The notes beneath the pieces were generated by a model that saw only the letters and a list, made by a program, of their open reading frames with translations, had not been told where the DNA came from and ran no database searches. Below, in pieces: positions 17,997-27,186 of a DNA stretch of 64,000 bases. Position 1 is the first letter of the stretch. Each line of letters begins with the position of its first letter. The stretch lies in assembly GCA_964650355.1 (NCBI GenBank), contig CAZYTL010000003.1:65750-129749 (forward strand), in the 5' to 3' direction. A program made the translations under genes and the position numbers. Source of the stretch: an uncultured Gammaproteobacteria bacterium. GTDB lineage: Bacteria > Patescibacteriota > Microgenomatia > CAYXHB01 > CAZYTL01.

Positions 17997-18609
17997 CCGC
18001 CCCCCTTTCCTTATCTCATCCCAAAAAAATCAAGGAGCCGAAATCGTCTCTCTCACTTACCCCCACGGCACTTCTCCTCAACCATCAGCCCTTGATCTCT
18101 CCGCCCTTGTTTTATTCACTCAAAAAGCCCTCGACCACCAAACCCAAGAAATTTATCTCCGCCTGCCCTACAAATCTCCCCTCATCACCATCGAATATGG
18201 AAACAGCCCTTTTTTACACCAAGCGCAACAAATTGCCCGCCAACACTCCTTGGATCCCGGACATCCCACTGCCACCGTATTAGTTAAAGGCCATCAAATC
18301 ATCAGCTCCGGAGCTAACGGCTCCACCTATCATGATCAATATGGCTGTAGAAGAAAAGAACTAAACATCCCTACCGGCCAAGGATATGAACTCTGTGAAG
18401 GATGCCATCCCAAAAACCACTCCGAACCTACCGCCATCAGAGCCGCAGCAGCCGCTCACAAAACCCACCTCCTTTCCGAAGCCACCGCCTATCTCTATGG
18501 CCACTGGTGGTGTTGCCAACCCTGCTGTGCTGCCCTGGAACAAGCCGGCATAACCAAAGTCGTCTTTTCCCTCCCCTGGACCCAAAAATTTCTGGAGATT
18601 GATATCTAA
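17989..18609 (+). CDS. dCMP deaminase (cytidine/deoxycytidylate deaminase zinc-binding fold)
   Basis: Zinc ligand motifs H(S)E in CHPKNHSEPTAI and PCxxC in CCQPCCAALEQAGI. Confidence 0.8.
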   Translation: MSNRPPFLISSQKNQGAEIVSLTYPHGTSPQPSALDLSALVLFTQKALDHQTQEIYLRLPYKSPLITIEYGNSPFLHQAQQIARQHSLDPGHPTATVLVKGHQIISSGANGSTYHDQYGCRRKELNIPTGQGYELCEGCHPKNHSEPTAIRAAAAAHKTHLLSEATAYLYGHWWCCQPCCAALEQAGITKVVFSLPWTQKFLEIDI

Positions 18610-19064
18610 CCCTCCGTCCCGAAAAACACCACCGATCCCACCTTCATCCCCGAGTACAACTTCACCTTAAACGGCCCTACGTTAGAAATTTCCAAAGTCA
18701 ATTTATTGGACCTTCCCGGATCACAAAAATATGACGCCTGATAAATCGCCACCCCTAATTTTGCCAACTTTGTCCTCCCATCGAGCATTGCCGCTATCTT
18801 TCTTGATAAAGTAATCGTCTCTTTGGTCTCACTCACCACAAACATCCCTGGCTCCAACAGAAAACCCTCATCCTCCATCTCTGTCTCTTCGTACTCCGGA
18901 TCCGTCTTTTCTCGCAAATCAACCACCTGCCCCGGCTTGGGTATCCAGATTTTACTTCCTAATCGCACCTCATAAACCATCCCGTCGATTAACTCTTCAT
19001 CAAAAGGTTCAATGGAAATCTCCTCCTCCGCCATCGCCTGTTTAATCTGCACCCCACTTAACAT
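18606..19064 (-). CDS. dCTP deaminase (Dcd)-like, short form with catalytic TLE motif
   Basis: EVRLGSKIW and DPGRSNKLTLEISN retain the Dcd Glu. Its stop overlaps the stop of the convergent dCMP deaminase gene. Confidence 0.6.
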   Translation of the reverse strand: MLSGVQIKQAMAEEEISIEPFDEELIDGMVYEVRLGSKIWIPKPGQVVDLREKTDPEYEETEMEDEGFLLEPGMFVVSETKETITLSRKIAAMLDGRTKLAKLGVAIYQASYFCDPGRSNKLTLEISNVGPFKVKLYSGMKVGSVVFFGTEG

Positions 19065-19067
19065 ACT

Positions 19068-21581
19068 TCACAAACTACACTCACTCCACCCGCAATCCTG
19101 ACAGGTCACACATCCGCTTTCATATACTACCCCTGCTCCGCACTCCGGACACACCGTCGTCTCTCCTGCTCCGGGTCGCACTGCCCTCATCACGGCCGGC
19201 TCCATTCTCAATTGCTCTGCCCCCCCTACCTCAACCGCTTTACTCACATGACCGTTCAGACTCCCGTTTCCCTGCCCGGCTAATTTCTGCCTCCTGCCTG
19301 TCTCACCGTGTATCGTACCATTTGTGTTCCCCAACTCTCCTTTTACCCCTTCAGCATCTACTCTCTCTCCTGTTCTAACTTTCGATTCCTGCTTACCCAC
19401 TTCTCCAATAGGAACTTCGACCCTCTTCTCCTTCACTTTTTCTTTTGCCAAATTCAGCACCTGATCCTGCTTGCTCCCGTCCCGATAAATCGTAATCCCC
19501 TTGCATCCCAATTTCCAAGCTAACAAATAAGCCTTCTTCACCTCCCCCACCGTCGCCTCGTGTCTGAAATTAATCGTCTTAGAAATCGAATTATCAAACC
19601 ACTTCTGCCAGGCTGCCTGAATCTTCACATGCCAGGTTGGGGCAATCTCGTGCGTAGTCACAAACACCTTATAAAACCACCCCGGCAACCCTTCAACTGC
19701 TTTTAATCCCTGTTCCGCCGCCACCGCCAACACCGCATCCAGATCCTCCAGGATCTTTCCATTAGCTTTTAGCTTATAGCTCTTAGCTCTTAGCTGTTTT
19801 TGAAGAGCATCTTCAAAAACCTTGTCCACCATCATAAATTCCCTTGTCGGTCGATTCTTCTTGTCGTCCTCGTTAAACGCCTTTCTCAAAGTTACCAACG
19901 AAAACACCGGTTCAATCCCGCTGCTTGTGTTCGCCAACAAACTAATCGTCCCCGTCGGCGCAATCATCGTCAAAGCACAATTACGGTACTTCTCCGCCGA
20001 CCCTGCATAAATCGACACATCCCAGTTCGGAAAAGTCCCTCTTACCTTAGCCAGCTCCAAGCTCTCTGCCTCTGCTGTTTTATGAATAAACTTTGCCAGT
20101 CTGCTTGCCAACCGTACCGCTTCCTGAGAATTATAAGGAATCCCCAACAAATAAAGCATATGCGCAAACCCCATCACTCCCAATCCAATCCTCCGGTTCC
20201 CATGCTTCACCATCTGCTCAATCTCCGGTATCGCATAAGTATTCACCTCTATCATGTTATCCAAAAAGCGAATTCCCAATCTTACCGACTTTTCCAAATC
20301 TTCCCAATCAATCTCATATTCCCCTTCATTAATTTTTGATCTTTGCTTTTTGCTTTTTGCTTTTTTAGTCAAGTGCTTATGTAAACAAATACTCGTTAAA
20401 TTACATGATTCATAAGGCAGCAAAGGAATCTCCCCACAGGGATTCGTCGCATCAATCTTCCCTATCGCCGGTGTTGGGTTATCCTCTTCCATCCGGTCCA
20501 AAAACGCCAGTCCCGGATCCCCGCTTACCCAAGCGTGTTCCGTAATCAAATCAAACAACTCTCTGGCTTTCATTCTCTTCCACACCTCTCCATTCCGCGG
20601 ATTCCTCAACTTCCACATCTCATCCCTCTCTACCGCCTCCAAAAACTCATTTGTCACCCCCACACTAATATTAAAATTCTTAATCGTCCCGTCCTCGTCT
20701 TTCAAATGTATAAACTCCTCAACATCCGGATGATCCACATTCAAAATCGCAATATTGGCTCCCTGCCTCTTCGCCCCCTGCAAAATCTGCGCCAAAGTTG
20801 CTGAATACGCCCGTAAAAAGTCCACCGGACCGCTCGCCGCCCCAGGCACATTTTTCACCTTATCGCCGTGCGGCCTGATCCTGCTAAAATTAAACCCTGT
20901 TCCCCCGTTATTCTTGTGCACTACCGCCGCATCTCCCAAAGTCTTAAAAATCGACTGAACCGAATCCTCAATCGGCAACACAAAACATGCGGACATCTGT
21001 CCGCTCCCTCCCGGATTGCCAGCCTCGAACATCGCCTTCCCCGTTGGTAAAAATTTCCAGTTCACCAACCGCTCATAAAACTGCTTTGCCATATCCTTTA
21101 CCTCTCCGTTACCCGACCACTGAATCTCTGCTTTAGCCATATGCTGTGCCACCCGCCAAAACAATTCTCCCGGAGACTCAATCACCTTTCCTTCCATATC
21201 CGTCCGCAAATACCTCTTCTTAGCAATCTCCATCCCCACTTCACTCATCTCCGGCTCCACCAGTTTCACCTGTTTCTTCTGCGCCTGCTCCTTTCTCTCC
21301 CGGTACAAAATATAATACCGCGCCGTTTTAAAATACCCGGCTTCAGCCATTGCTGGTTCCACCACATCTCGGATCTCCTGAGTAGAAATCCTTTCCTTCT
21401 TTACTTTACTCAACCTTTCTCTCACCGTCCTCAAAATCCCCTTTGCTTCCTTTTTGCCAAACGCCTTAGTATCCTTTCCTGCCGCCACCACACTCCTCTC
21501 CACCTTCCCCCACTCAAAGGGTTGCTCAGTCCCATCATTCTTAACGACCATCTTGATTATTAACTTTCTTAATCTCGCCAT
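19068..21581 (-). CDS. nrdJ: class II (adenosylcobalamin-dependent) ribonucleotide reductase NrdJ with N-terminal ATP-cone and C-terminal Zn-ribbon
   Basis: ATP-cone VVKNDGTEQPFEWGKV. Catalytic NPCGEIPL...CNLTS. C-terminal CPECG...CVTCQDCG. Lys-rich insert KKAKSKKQRSK encoded by TTTTTGC repeats. Confidence 0.85.
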   Translation of the reverse strand: MARLRKLIIKMVVKNDGTEQPFEWGKVERSVVAAGKDTKAFGKKEAKGILRTVRERLSKVKKERISTQEIRDVVEPAMAEAGYFKTARYYILYRERKEQAQKKQVKLVEPEMSEVGMEIAKKRYLRTDMEGKVIESPGELFWRVAQHMAKAEIQWSGNGEVKDMAKQFYERLVNWKFLPTGKAMFEAGNPGGSGQMSACFVLPIEDSVQSIFKTLGDAAVVHKNNGGTGFNFSRIRPHGDKVKNVPGAASGPVDFLRAYSATLAQILQGAKRQGANIAILNVDHPDVEEFIHLKDEDGTIKNFNISVGVTNEFLEAVERDEMWKLRNPRNGEVWKRMKARELFDLITEHAWVSGDPGLAFLDRMEEDNPTPAIGKIDATNPCGEIPLLPYESCNLTSICLHKHLTKKAKSKKQRSKINEGEYEIDWEDLEKSVRLGIRFLDNMIEVNTYAIPEIEQMVKHGNRRIGLGVMGFAHMLYLLGIPYNSQEAVRLASRLAKFIHKTAEAESLELAKVRGTFPNWDVSIYAGSAEKYRNCALTMIAPTGTISLLANTSSGIEPVFSLVTLRKAFNEDDKKNRPTREFMMVDKVFEDALQKQLRAKSYKLKANGKILEDLDAVLAVAAEQGLKAVEGLPGWFYKVFVTTHEIAPTWHVKIQAAWQKWFDNSISKTINFRHEATVGEVKKAYLLAWKLGCKGITIYRDGSKQDQVLNLAKEKVKEKRVEVPIGEVGKQESKVRTGERVDAEGVKGELGNTNGTIHGETGRRQKLAGQGNGSLNGHVSKAVEVGGAEQLRMEPAVMRAVRPGAGETTVCPECGAGVVYESGCVTCQDCGWSECSL

Positions 21582-21677
21582 ATAAAACTAAGTATTTAGT
21601 ATCATGCCCGTCTAAATTGTCCCCAAACTATTTTCCTGTCTGCATTTATCTGTTTTACATCGGTTTTCATCACTTGT

Positions 21678-24371
21678 CTAGCACTCCGAATAACCGCATC
21701 CGTGACACGTCTTGCATCCCATTTCATAGACCAGTGTCGCATTTCCGCAATCCGGACAAATATCAGCTGACCTGGCCACCAAATGCATCCCCGCTTCCCT
21801 TGATTTTCCATCAGTCACCGGGGGGTCAACTGCCTCATCTTCCCCTTTTTCATCATCTGTAATCTTCAATTGCATCCCGTCCTCAGCCGTTGACTCTTGA
21901 TGCTTGGAATCTGTCGTTACTGCTTGGTGTTGCTCCCCAAACCCAATCAGTCCCATATCTATCGCCATCGCCTTAGCCACCGCATCCGGCAGAGAATAAA
22001 CCTTTCTTGTCCCGAACCCCACTGACCTGGAACTACCGATCCCGGCTAACTGATCCACAATCAACTTTGCTCTCTCACTCGAAGACAAATTACTGTTAAA
22101 CTTCAAAGACTTTGATATCAACCGCCCCAATGCCTCTGCCATCGCCTGAATATCACTCCCTGCTCTGCCAATATTAATAAACACTTCCACCGGCGATCCG
22201 TCCTCATCATGATTCACCGTCACAAACGCTCTTCCGATCGGTGTATCCATCTTATAAGTCGCTCCCACCACCTTCATCGGCCTCAACCACGAAACTGGTT
22301 TATCCTCCATAGCTTTAGCAAAGGAGGGCTGGCCCTCTGTCGTTCCTGCTAAGACGGATTTTTCCGCCAACCCATTTCCTTTATGCTCTTTATCTGATGC
22401 GCTAGCGCGAATCAGAGTTCCCTCTCTCGACCCCTCCCTCATATACGAAATCCCTTTACAACCTGTTTTGTAAGCCAACTCATATAACCTTTTCACCTCT
22501 TCCACCGTATGAGTCTTCGGGGCATTCACTGTCTTACTAATCGATGAATCAGTATACTTCTGAATCAAAGCCTGAATCTCCACATGCTCTTCAGGACTCA
22601 AATCATCCGCTACCACAAAATACTCCGGCAAACTTCCTTTCTCCAAATTCCCCTCTACCAATCCGCCGGAGGCACCATCATTTTGCTTTTTGCTTTTTGC
22701 TTTTTGCTTTTGTTTCATCCACTCCTCATAGAGTGGATGAAACATCGTCCTCTCTCCCAATCGATCCTTCTGAGTATAAACAAACGAAAACACCGGTTCT
22801 ATCCCCGAAGACGCTCCCGCCAGCAACGCAATCTTCCCTGTCGGCGCTTCCGTCAACAGCAATGCATTCCTTATCCCGTTCTGTCGGATCCTTTCTCTTA
22901 TCCCTTCAGGTATCGTCTTCATAAACCCGCTCGCCAAATACTGGTCAGTCTTAAACATGGGAAACGCTCCCTTCTCCTTAGCCAGCTCTATCGATGTCTC
23001 ATAAGCCACATCTCTCAACATCTTGTAAATCTTCTCAATCATCTCCAAAGATTCTGGAGATCCGTATCTCAGCTTCATCTTCATCAGCGCGTCCGCCAAC
23101 CCCAACGTTCCCAATCCTAACCGCCTCTCTCGCAACTGCCTCTTCTGAATCTGATTATATAAATAATTCTCTGCATCTACCGCATTATCCAAAAATCTCA
23201 CCCCCACTTTAATCAACCCTCTATAGTCTTCCCAGTCAAACCCTGGCCCCCCATTCTGCTTTGCAGAAACCAAGGCCGACAAATTTATCGACGACAGATT
23301 GCACACTCCGAACGCCGGCAACGGTTGCTCCCCGCATGGATTAGTAGAAACATTCTTCTCAAAATACCACGTATTATTCATCCTATTCGCCCTGTCCATA
23401 AAATAAATCCCCGGCTCCGCGCTTCCCCACGCCGACTCACAAATCAGATTCCACAACTCTCTCGCTTTTATGGTTTTGTACACTTTTACCGGATACCCTT
23501 TCTTCTCCCACTCTTCCAAGTCTCCGCCCCATTCACCCCGATATTTGGCAAAATCAGTCTCTGGAAATTTCAACTCCCAATCGCCATCCTCCTCCACTGC
23601 TTTCATCAACTTGTCCGACACACACACACTTAAATTCGCCCCCAACATCTTTCCCTGCTCTTTCTTTACCATAATAAACTCTTCTACATCCGGGTGCCAA
23701 TCCCACAACATCATCATCAACGCCCCCCTCCTCGTCCCTCCTTGCTGAATAATATCGTGCGCCGTCACCGAATATAATTCCGCCCAGCTCACCGATCCTG
23801 AACTCGTTCCGTTCACCGCCTTCAAATAAGACCCTCTCGGCCGTAAACTCGACAAATTAAATCCCACTCCTCCTCCCCGAGCACTAATCTCCGTCACCCT
23901 TTCCAAAGTCTTAATAATCCCCTTCCGCGTGTCCTCCGGGTCAGGAATCACAAAACAATTAATCATCGTCGTTTCCGTTCCCGTCCCTGCCGAAGTTAGG
24001 AACCTCCCCGCCGGACAAAAACGAAAATTTTTCATTGCCGCATAAAACTTCTCTTCCCATTCCTCTCTTAACTCAGTAGTCTTCTCCTCTTGAGCCACCG
24101 CCCAGGCCACCCTCCGCCACATCTGTTCCGGAAATTTCTCCATCGGTTCCCCTTTCTTATTCTTCAACGCATATCGATCTAAAAACAACTGCCTCCGAAT
24201 CCCCTCCAACTCCGTTCCTTGATCCATCGCTACAAAATGCCTACCATTCTCTTTTCCTTGATCTCGCCTTTGCTCTCCTGCCACTCTATTCCCACCTCGC
24301 ACATCTCCACCCCCTCTATTCTGATTAGTATTGATTACCTGATCCGGATAACCATTATTTGTCATAAACAA
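21678..24371 (-). CDS. nrdJ: class II ribonucleotide reductase paralog (no ATP-cone) with C-terminal Zn-ribbon
   Basis: NPCGEQPLPAFGVCNLSS. C-terminal CPDCG...CKTCHGCG. Same KQKAKSKKQ insert encoded by an identical TTTTGCTTTTTGC repeat. Confidence 0.85.
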   Translation of the reverse strand: MFMTNNGYPDQVINTNQNRGGGDVRGGNRVAGEQRRDQGKENGRHFVAMDQGTELEGIRRQLFLDRYALKNKKGEPMEKFPEQMWRRVAWAVAQEEKTTELREEWEEKFYAAMKNFRFCPAGRFLTSAGTGTETTMINCFVIPDPEDTRKGIIKTLERVTEISARGGGVGFNLSSLRPRGSYLKAVNGTSSGSVSWAELYSVTAHDIIQQGGTRRGALMMMLWDWHPDVEEFIMVKKEQGKMLGANLSVCVSDKLMKAVEEDGDWELKFPETDFAKYRGEWGGDLEEWEKKGYPVKVYKTIKARELWNLICESAWGSAEPGIYFMDRANRMNNTWYFEKNVSTNPCGEQPLPAFGVCNLSSINLSALVSAKQNGGPGFDWEDYRGLIKVGVRFLDNAVDAENYLYNQIQKRQLRERRLGLGTLGLADALMKMKLRYGSPESLEMIEKIYKMLRDVAYETSIELAKEKGAFPMFKTDQYLASGFMKTIPEGIRERIRQNGIRNALLLTEAPTGKIALLAGASSGIEPVFSFVYTQKDRLGERTMFHPLYEEWMKQKQKAKSKKQNDGASGGLVEGNLEKGSLPEYFVVADDLSPEEHVEIQALIQKYTDSSISKTVNAPKTHTVEEVKRLYELAYKTGCKGISYMREGSREGTLIRASASDKEHKGNGLAEKSVLAGTTEGQPSFAKAMEDKPVSWLRPMKVVGATYKMDTPIGRAFVTVNHDEDGSPVEVFINIGRAGSDIQAMAEALGRLISKSLKFNSNLSSSERAKLIVDQLAGIGSSRSVGFGTRKVYSLPDAVAKAMAIDMGLIGFGEQHQAVTTDSKHQESTAEDGMQLKITDDEKGEDEAVDPPVTDGKSREAGMHLVARSADICPDCGNATLVYEMGCKTCHGCGYSEC
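22681..22712. repeat. tandem (TTTTTGC)n microsatellite inside nrdJ paralog 2; near-identical tract at about 20335-20366 inside nrdJ paralog 1
   Basis: Encodes KQKAKSKKQ and KKAKSKKQ on the minus strand. Confidence 0.8.
23253..23268. repeat. 16-bp palindrome ATTCTGCTTTGCAGAA, in-frame within nrdJ paralog 2 (peptide SAKQN)
   Basis: Exact palindrome. The other copies are at about 41001-41016, 45921-45936, 47957-47973 and variants at 9986-9998 and 13017-13031. Confidence 0.8.
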
Positions 24372-24440
24372 ATTTTTATCTTAAATTACTTTATAAATTA
24401 ATAGTTGATTTCTCATTTCCCCATTTGATAACGTATCCAG

Positions 24441-24890
24441 TTACGCACTCTCTTTTTCTATAATCTTCTCAAAATCATTTAAATCTTCGAATTCCAAATA
24501 CACACTCGCAAATCGCAGCCAGGCTACTTTATCCAGCTTCTTAATCCTTCTCAACACTACCTGGCCCACCTTTTTACTGGGAATCTCTGCATCGCCTATC
24601 CTTAACAACTCCCGTTCTACCGCATCCACCAGTGAGTCAATCTTCTCTACCGCCACGGGCCGCTTATTAAACGCCCTCCGAATCCCTTCCTCCAACTTCT
24701 GCCGATCAAATGGCTCTCTTTTCCCGTCCTTCTTCACCACCATCAACGCTTGGCCTTCAACCCGTTCATAAGTCGTAAACCTTCGCTTACACTTCCCGCA
24801 CTCTCTCCTCCTCCGCAGAGACTCCCCGTCAATCCCTGCCCTAGACTCCAATACCGAAGTTTCCGTTGAATTACAAAAAGGACATTTCAT
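24441..24890 (-). CDS. nrdR: NrdR transcriptional repressor
   Basis: N-terminal zinc ribbon MKCPFCNSTETSVLESR...CGKCKRRF plus an ATP-cone. Sits upstream of the two nrdJ genes on the same strand. Confidence 0.9.
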   Translation of the reverse strand: MKCPFCNSTETSVLESRAGIDGESLRRRRECGKCKRRFTTYERVEGQALMVVKKDGKREPFDRQKLEEGIRRAFNKRPVAVEKIDSLVDAVERELLRIGDAEIPSKKVGQVVLRRIKKLDKVAWLRFASVYLEFEDLNDFEKIIEKESA

Positions 24891-25010
24891 AAATAAATCA
24901 ATTGCTAAACTGCTCTATTGTCAAATAGTTAATAGCGCATCTTATAAACCAACAGTTTAACCGTTCAACATTTAACAATATCTCTTTTTCCCCTACATTT
25001 AGTGGCGGTA

Positions 25011-25042
25011 TTAACTATCACCCACTAGTCCTAGTATGTCAA
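25011..25042 (-). promoter_or_regulatory. candidate sigma70-like promoter for nrdR (TTGACA ... 18 nt ... TAGTTA)
   Basis: Seen on the reverse complement about 150 nt upstream of the nrdR ATG. Spacing is acceptable. Confidence 0.3.
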
Positions 25043-25445
25043 GACCCAAACCGCAACTCCTTCATCTTTAATCGCCCCTTATCAGCCATCTTCTAATTAC
25101 TGAACAATTACCGCCACCGGCTCTCGCTCCCCTCTTCTTACCACCCATGCCTATCTTTTACCATCTTCGTCTACCCCTTCGCCACTCTTTTATCTCCCCT
25201 TCTCTCCCCTGTAAATTAAATGTACCCAAAAACCAATTTCCACCAAAACTCCGATCATCCCCATTACCCAAAAAGCACAAAAAAATACTCTAATTACCAA
25301 CTTTCTCGCCGCCTCATCCCTAACTCTTCCTCTCTTAATTCTTACTAGTTACGCAATTTCTGAATTGCTAATTACTATTTACCAATTACTTCTTCTTCCT
25401 AATTCTTACTATTTACCGATTACTGATAACTGATTACCGCTTACC

Positions 25446-26018
25446 CTACTTCACCGCCATCAATTTAGGAACATTCAACAACTCCGTCACCCGCGGTCGC
25501 ACCTCTTCCGGCACCGTCTTCTCCAAATCAGACAACAACGCATAATGTAACTGCGCACTATCCAGTAACTCCTTCTTCCACACCCCATCTTGATACATAT
25601 CTTCACTCTCAATCGCATCCGTCAAATATCCTTCGGCCTTCATTAAGGTTTCCAAAGCCAGACTGGTCTTACCTTTTTCGCTCAATTCCCAACCTGACCG
25701 TAACCGCTCATTGGCTAAATACAACAATCGGCGACCTTTCTCCGCCTGAGTCTCTCCCAATCTCCACCACAACCAATCTCCCACCACCTTTACCGGATAC
25801 TCTACTTCCCCCGGCATCACCTTCGCCTTGGGTAACTTATCCGCCATTGACACTTCCTCTACCGTCGTCTTTGGATGATCATGATCCGCCAGCGTATCCA
25901 ATCTCTTTCCTGACCGCGCCCATACCGCTGCCTGTTGACCGTGCCACAATGACAAACCCATCACCCCTAAACCCATTCCCAGCCAGATTCCTGAGACTAT
26001 TAACTTTCTAAAATTCAT
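25446..26018 (-). CDS. hypothetical secreted/membrane-anchored protein
   Basis: N-terminal hydrophobic segment IVSGIWLGMGLGVMGLSLW. No catalytic motif. Confidence 0.4.
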   Translation of the reverse strand: MNFRKLIVSGIWLGMGLGVMGLSLWHGQQAAVWARSGKRLDTLADHDHPKTTVEEVSMADKLPKAKVMPGEVEYPVKVVGDWLWWRLGETQAEKGRRLLYLANERLRSGWELSEKGKTSLALETLMKAEGYLTDAIESEDMYQDGVWKKELLDSAQLHYALLSDLEKTVPEEVRPRVTELLNVPKLMAVK

Positions 26019-26352
26019 AATTCAGATTCTTACCAATCTTCAACTTAGAAACGCCTTTTGACTCCGTAACGAAACTACGAAATAACAACGCTACGATTTT
26101 TTTACGAAATTTTCCGGTGCACTTTCTATTATCTCACAACCGCGCAAGGGGGAAAAGCCTATATACCCGTAAAAAACCCGAACAACAACCCTTTAATCTG
26201 CTCATCTCAGTCCAAATAAATCCCAATTGATTGCCTAACCAACCACTAAAAAGGCCGTGAACAAAAACGTTCACGGCCCATGATCATCAGGAATTCTAGA
26301 CAGGGGCGGAGAGGAAGTGCGGTCCTCCCCGCCCCCAAGGGGGTAATCAGTC

Positions 26353-27186
26353 TCAAGGGACTACGATTCCCCCCCCGTCGTCGGGGCACCGCCCGTGACG
26401 GTCGGGGTCGCACCCCCCGTCCCCGCCACCGGCCGGATTCAACCCAAAGTCCACATCGAGGTAGACTTCGGGCTCGTTCAGCACCTTATAGGGTTCGGTT
26501 TGCACAACCTGAACCCCCACTCGGTGTTGGCCGTAGAATCCGGCAGGCGACCCGAAGGTCGCCTGCCACCCCGAGATCGGGGCGGGCTTCACCAGCTTCT
26601 GGAATTCGCGGGCATCATACAACCCGCGAATTTGCCCGTCAGGCGTACGTTCGACGGGCTCCCAGATGGCTGGGGACCCATCCCAGCGGAACGTCACCAG
26701 CCCGCCCCCCTCAGGGCGAACTTCGACGATCCGTGCCCCGACAACAATCATCGTGGTCGACGTGAGCGGCACCGGTGTAACCGTCGGCGGGATTGCCGTC
26801 GGAGTCGGGATGGGTGTCTCAGTGGGCGCCGGCGTCGGCGGTACTCGGGTGGGCGTGGGCGGCACTCGAGTGGCCGTTGGCGACGGAGTCGGCGTGTCCG
26901 TGGGCACCGGAGTGGGTGTGGGGGGCACCGGCGTGGGTGTGTCGGTCGGCACCGACATCGCCGTCGCCTCGGGCGTGGCCGTGGCAGCCAACCAGCTCCA
27001 ATCTCTGGTTGGCGTGGGCGGTACCGGCGTCTCCGTGGTCACAGGCACCGCAGACGCGAACTTGATAGTGATCTCGACGACCCCCGCACGGGCCGCCTCG
27101 ATCACCACCACCACCCCCATCAGGAGCACCAGAACCGCAAAAAACACCCCGAAAAACTCCATCAACAACTTCAGTCGCTTCTTCAT
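26353..27186 (-). CDS. secreted/membrane-anchored Pro/Thr-repeat protein on a GC-rich island
   Basis: Preferred start MKKRL, with SD AAAGGAGA 7 nt upstream. The track's longer ORF runs to 27243. TM anchor, PTPTPVPPTPT linker and a ~120-aa C-terminal domain. GC is very high relative to host. Confidence 0.5.
   Translation of the reverse strand: MKKRLKLLMEFFGVFFAVLVLLMGVVVVIEAARAGVVEITIKFASAVPVTTETPVPPTPTRDWSWLAATATPEATAMSVPTDTPTPVPPTPTPVPTDTPTPSPTATRVPPTPTRVPPTPAPTETPIPTPTAIPPTVTPVPLTSTTMIVVGARIVEVRPEGGGLVTFRWDGSPAIWEPVERTPDGQIRGLYDAREFQKLVKPAPISGWQATFGSPAGFYGQHRVGVQVVQTEPYKVLNEPEVYLDVDFGLNPAGGGDGGCDPDRHGRCPDDGGGIVVP

Noticed and set aside
24891-25060. Cobalamin riboswitch or NrdR boxes upstream of the nrdR-nrdJ operon: ACCGCCACTAAATGTAGGGG vaguely resembles the CCCGCCACUGU B12-element region.
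   Set aside because: The other conserved riboswitch blocks (GGUGAAA-type, B12 box AGYCMGGAGACCKGCC) are absent. No 16-bp acaCwAtATaTwGtgt palindrome pair was found.
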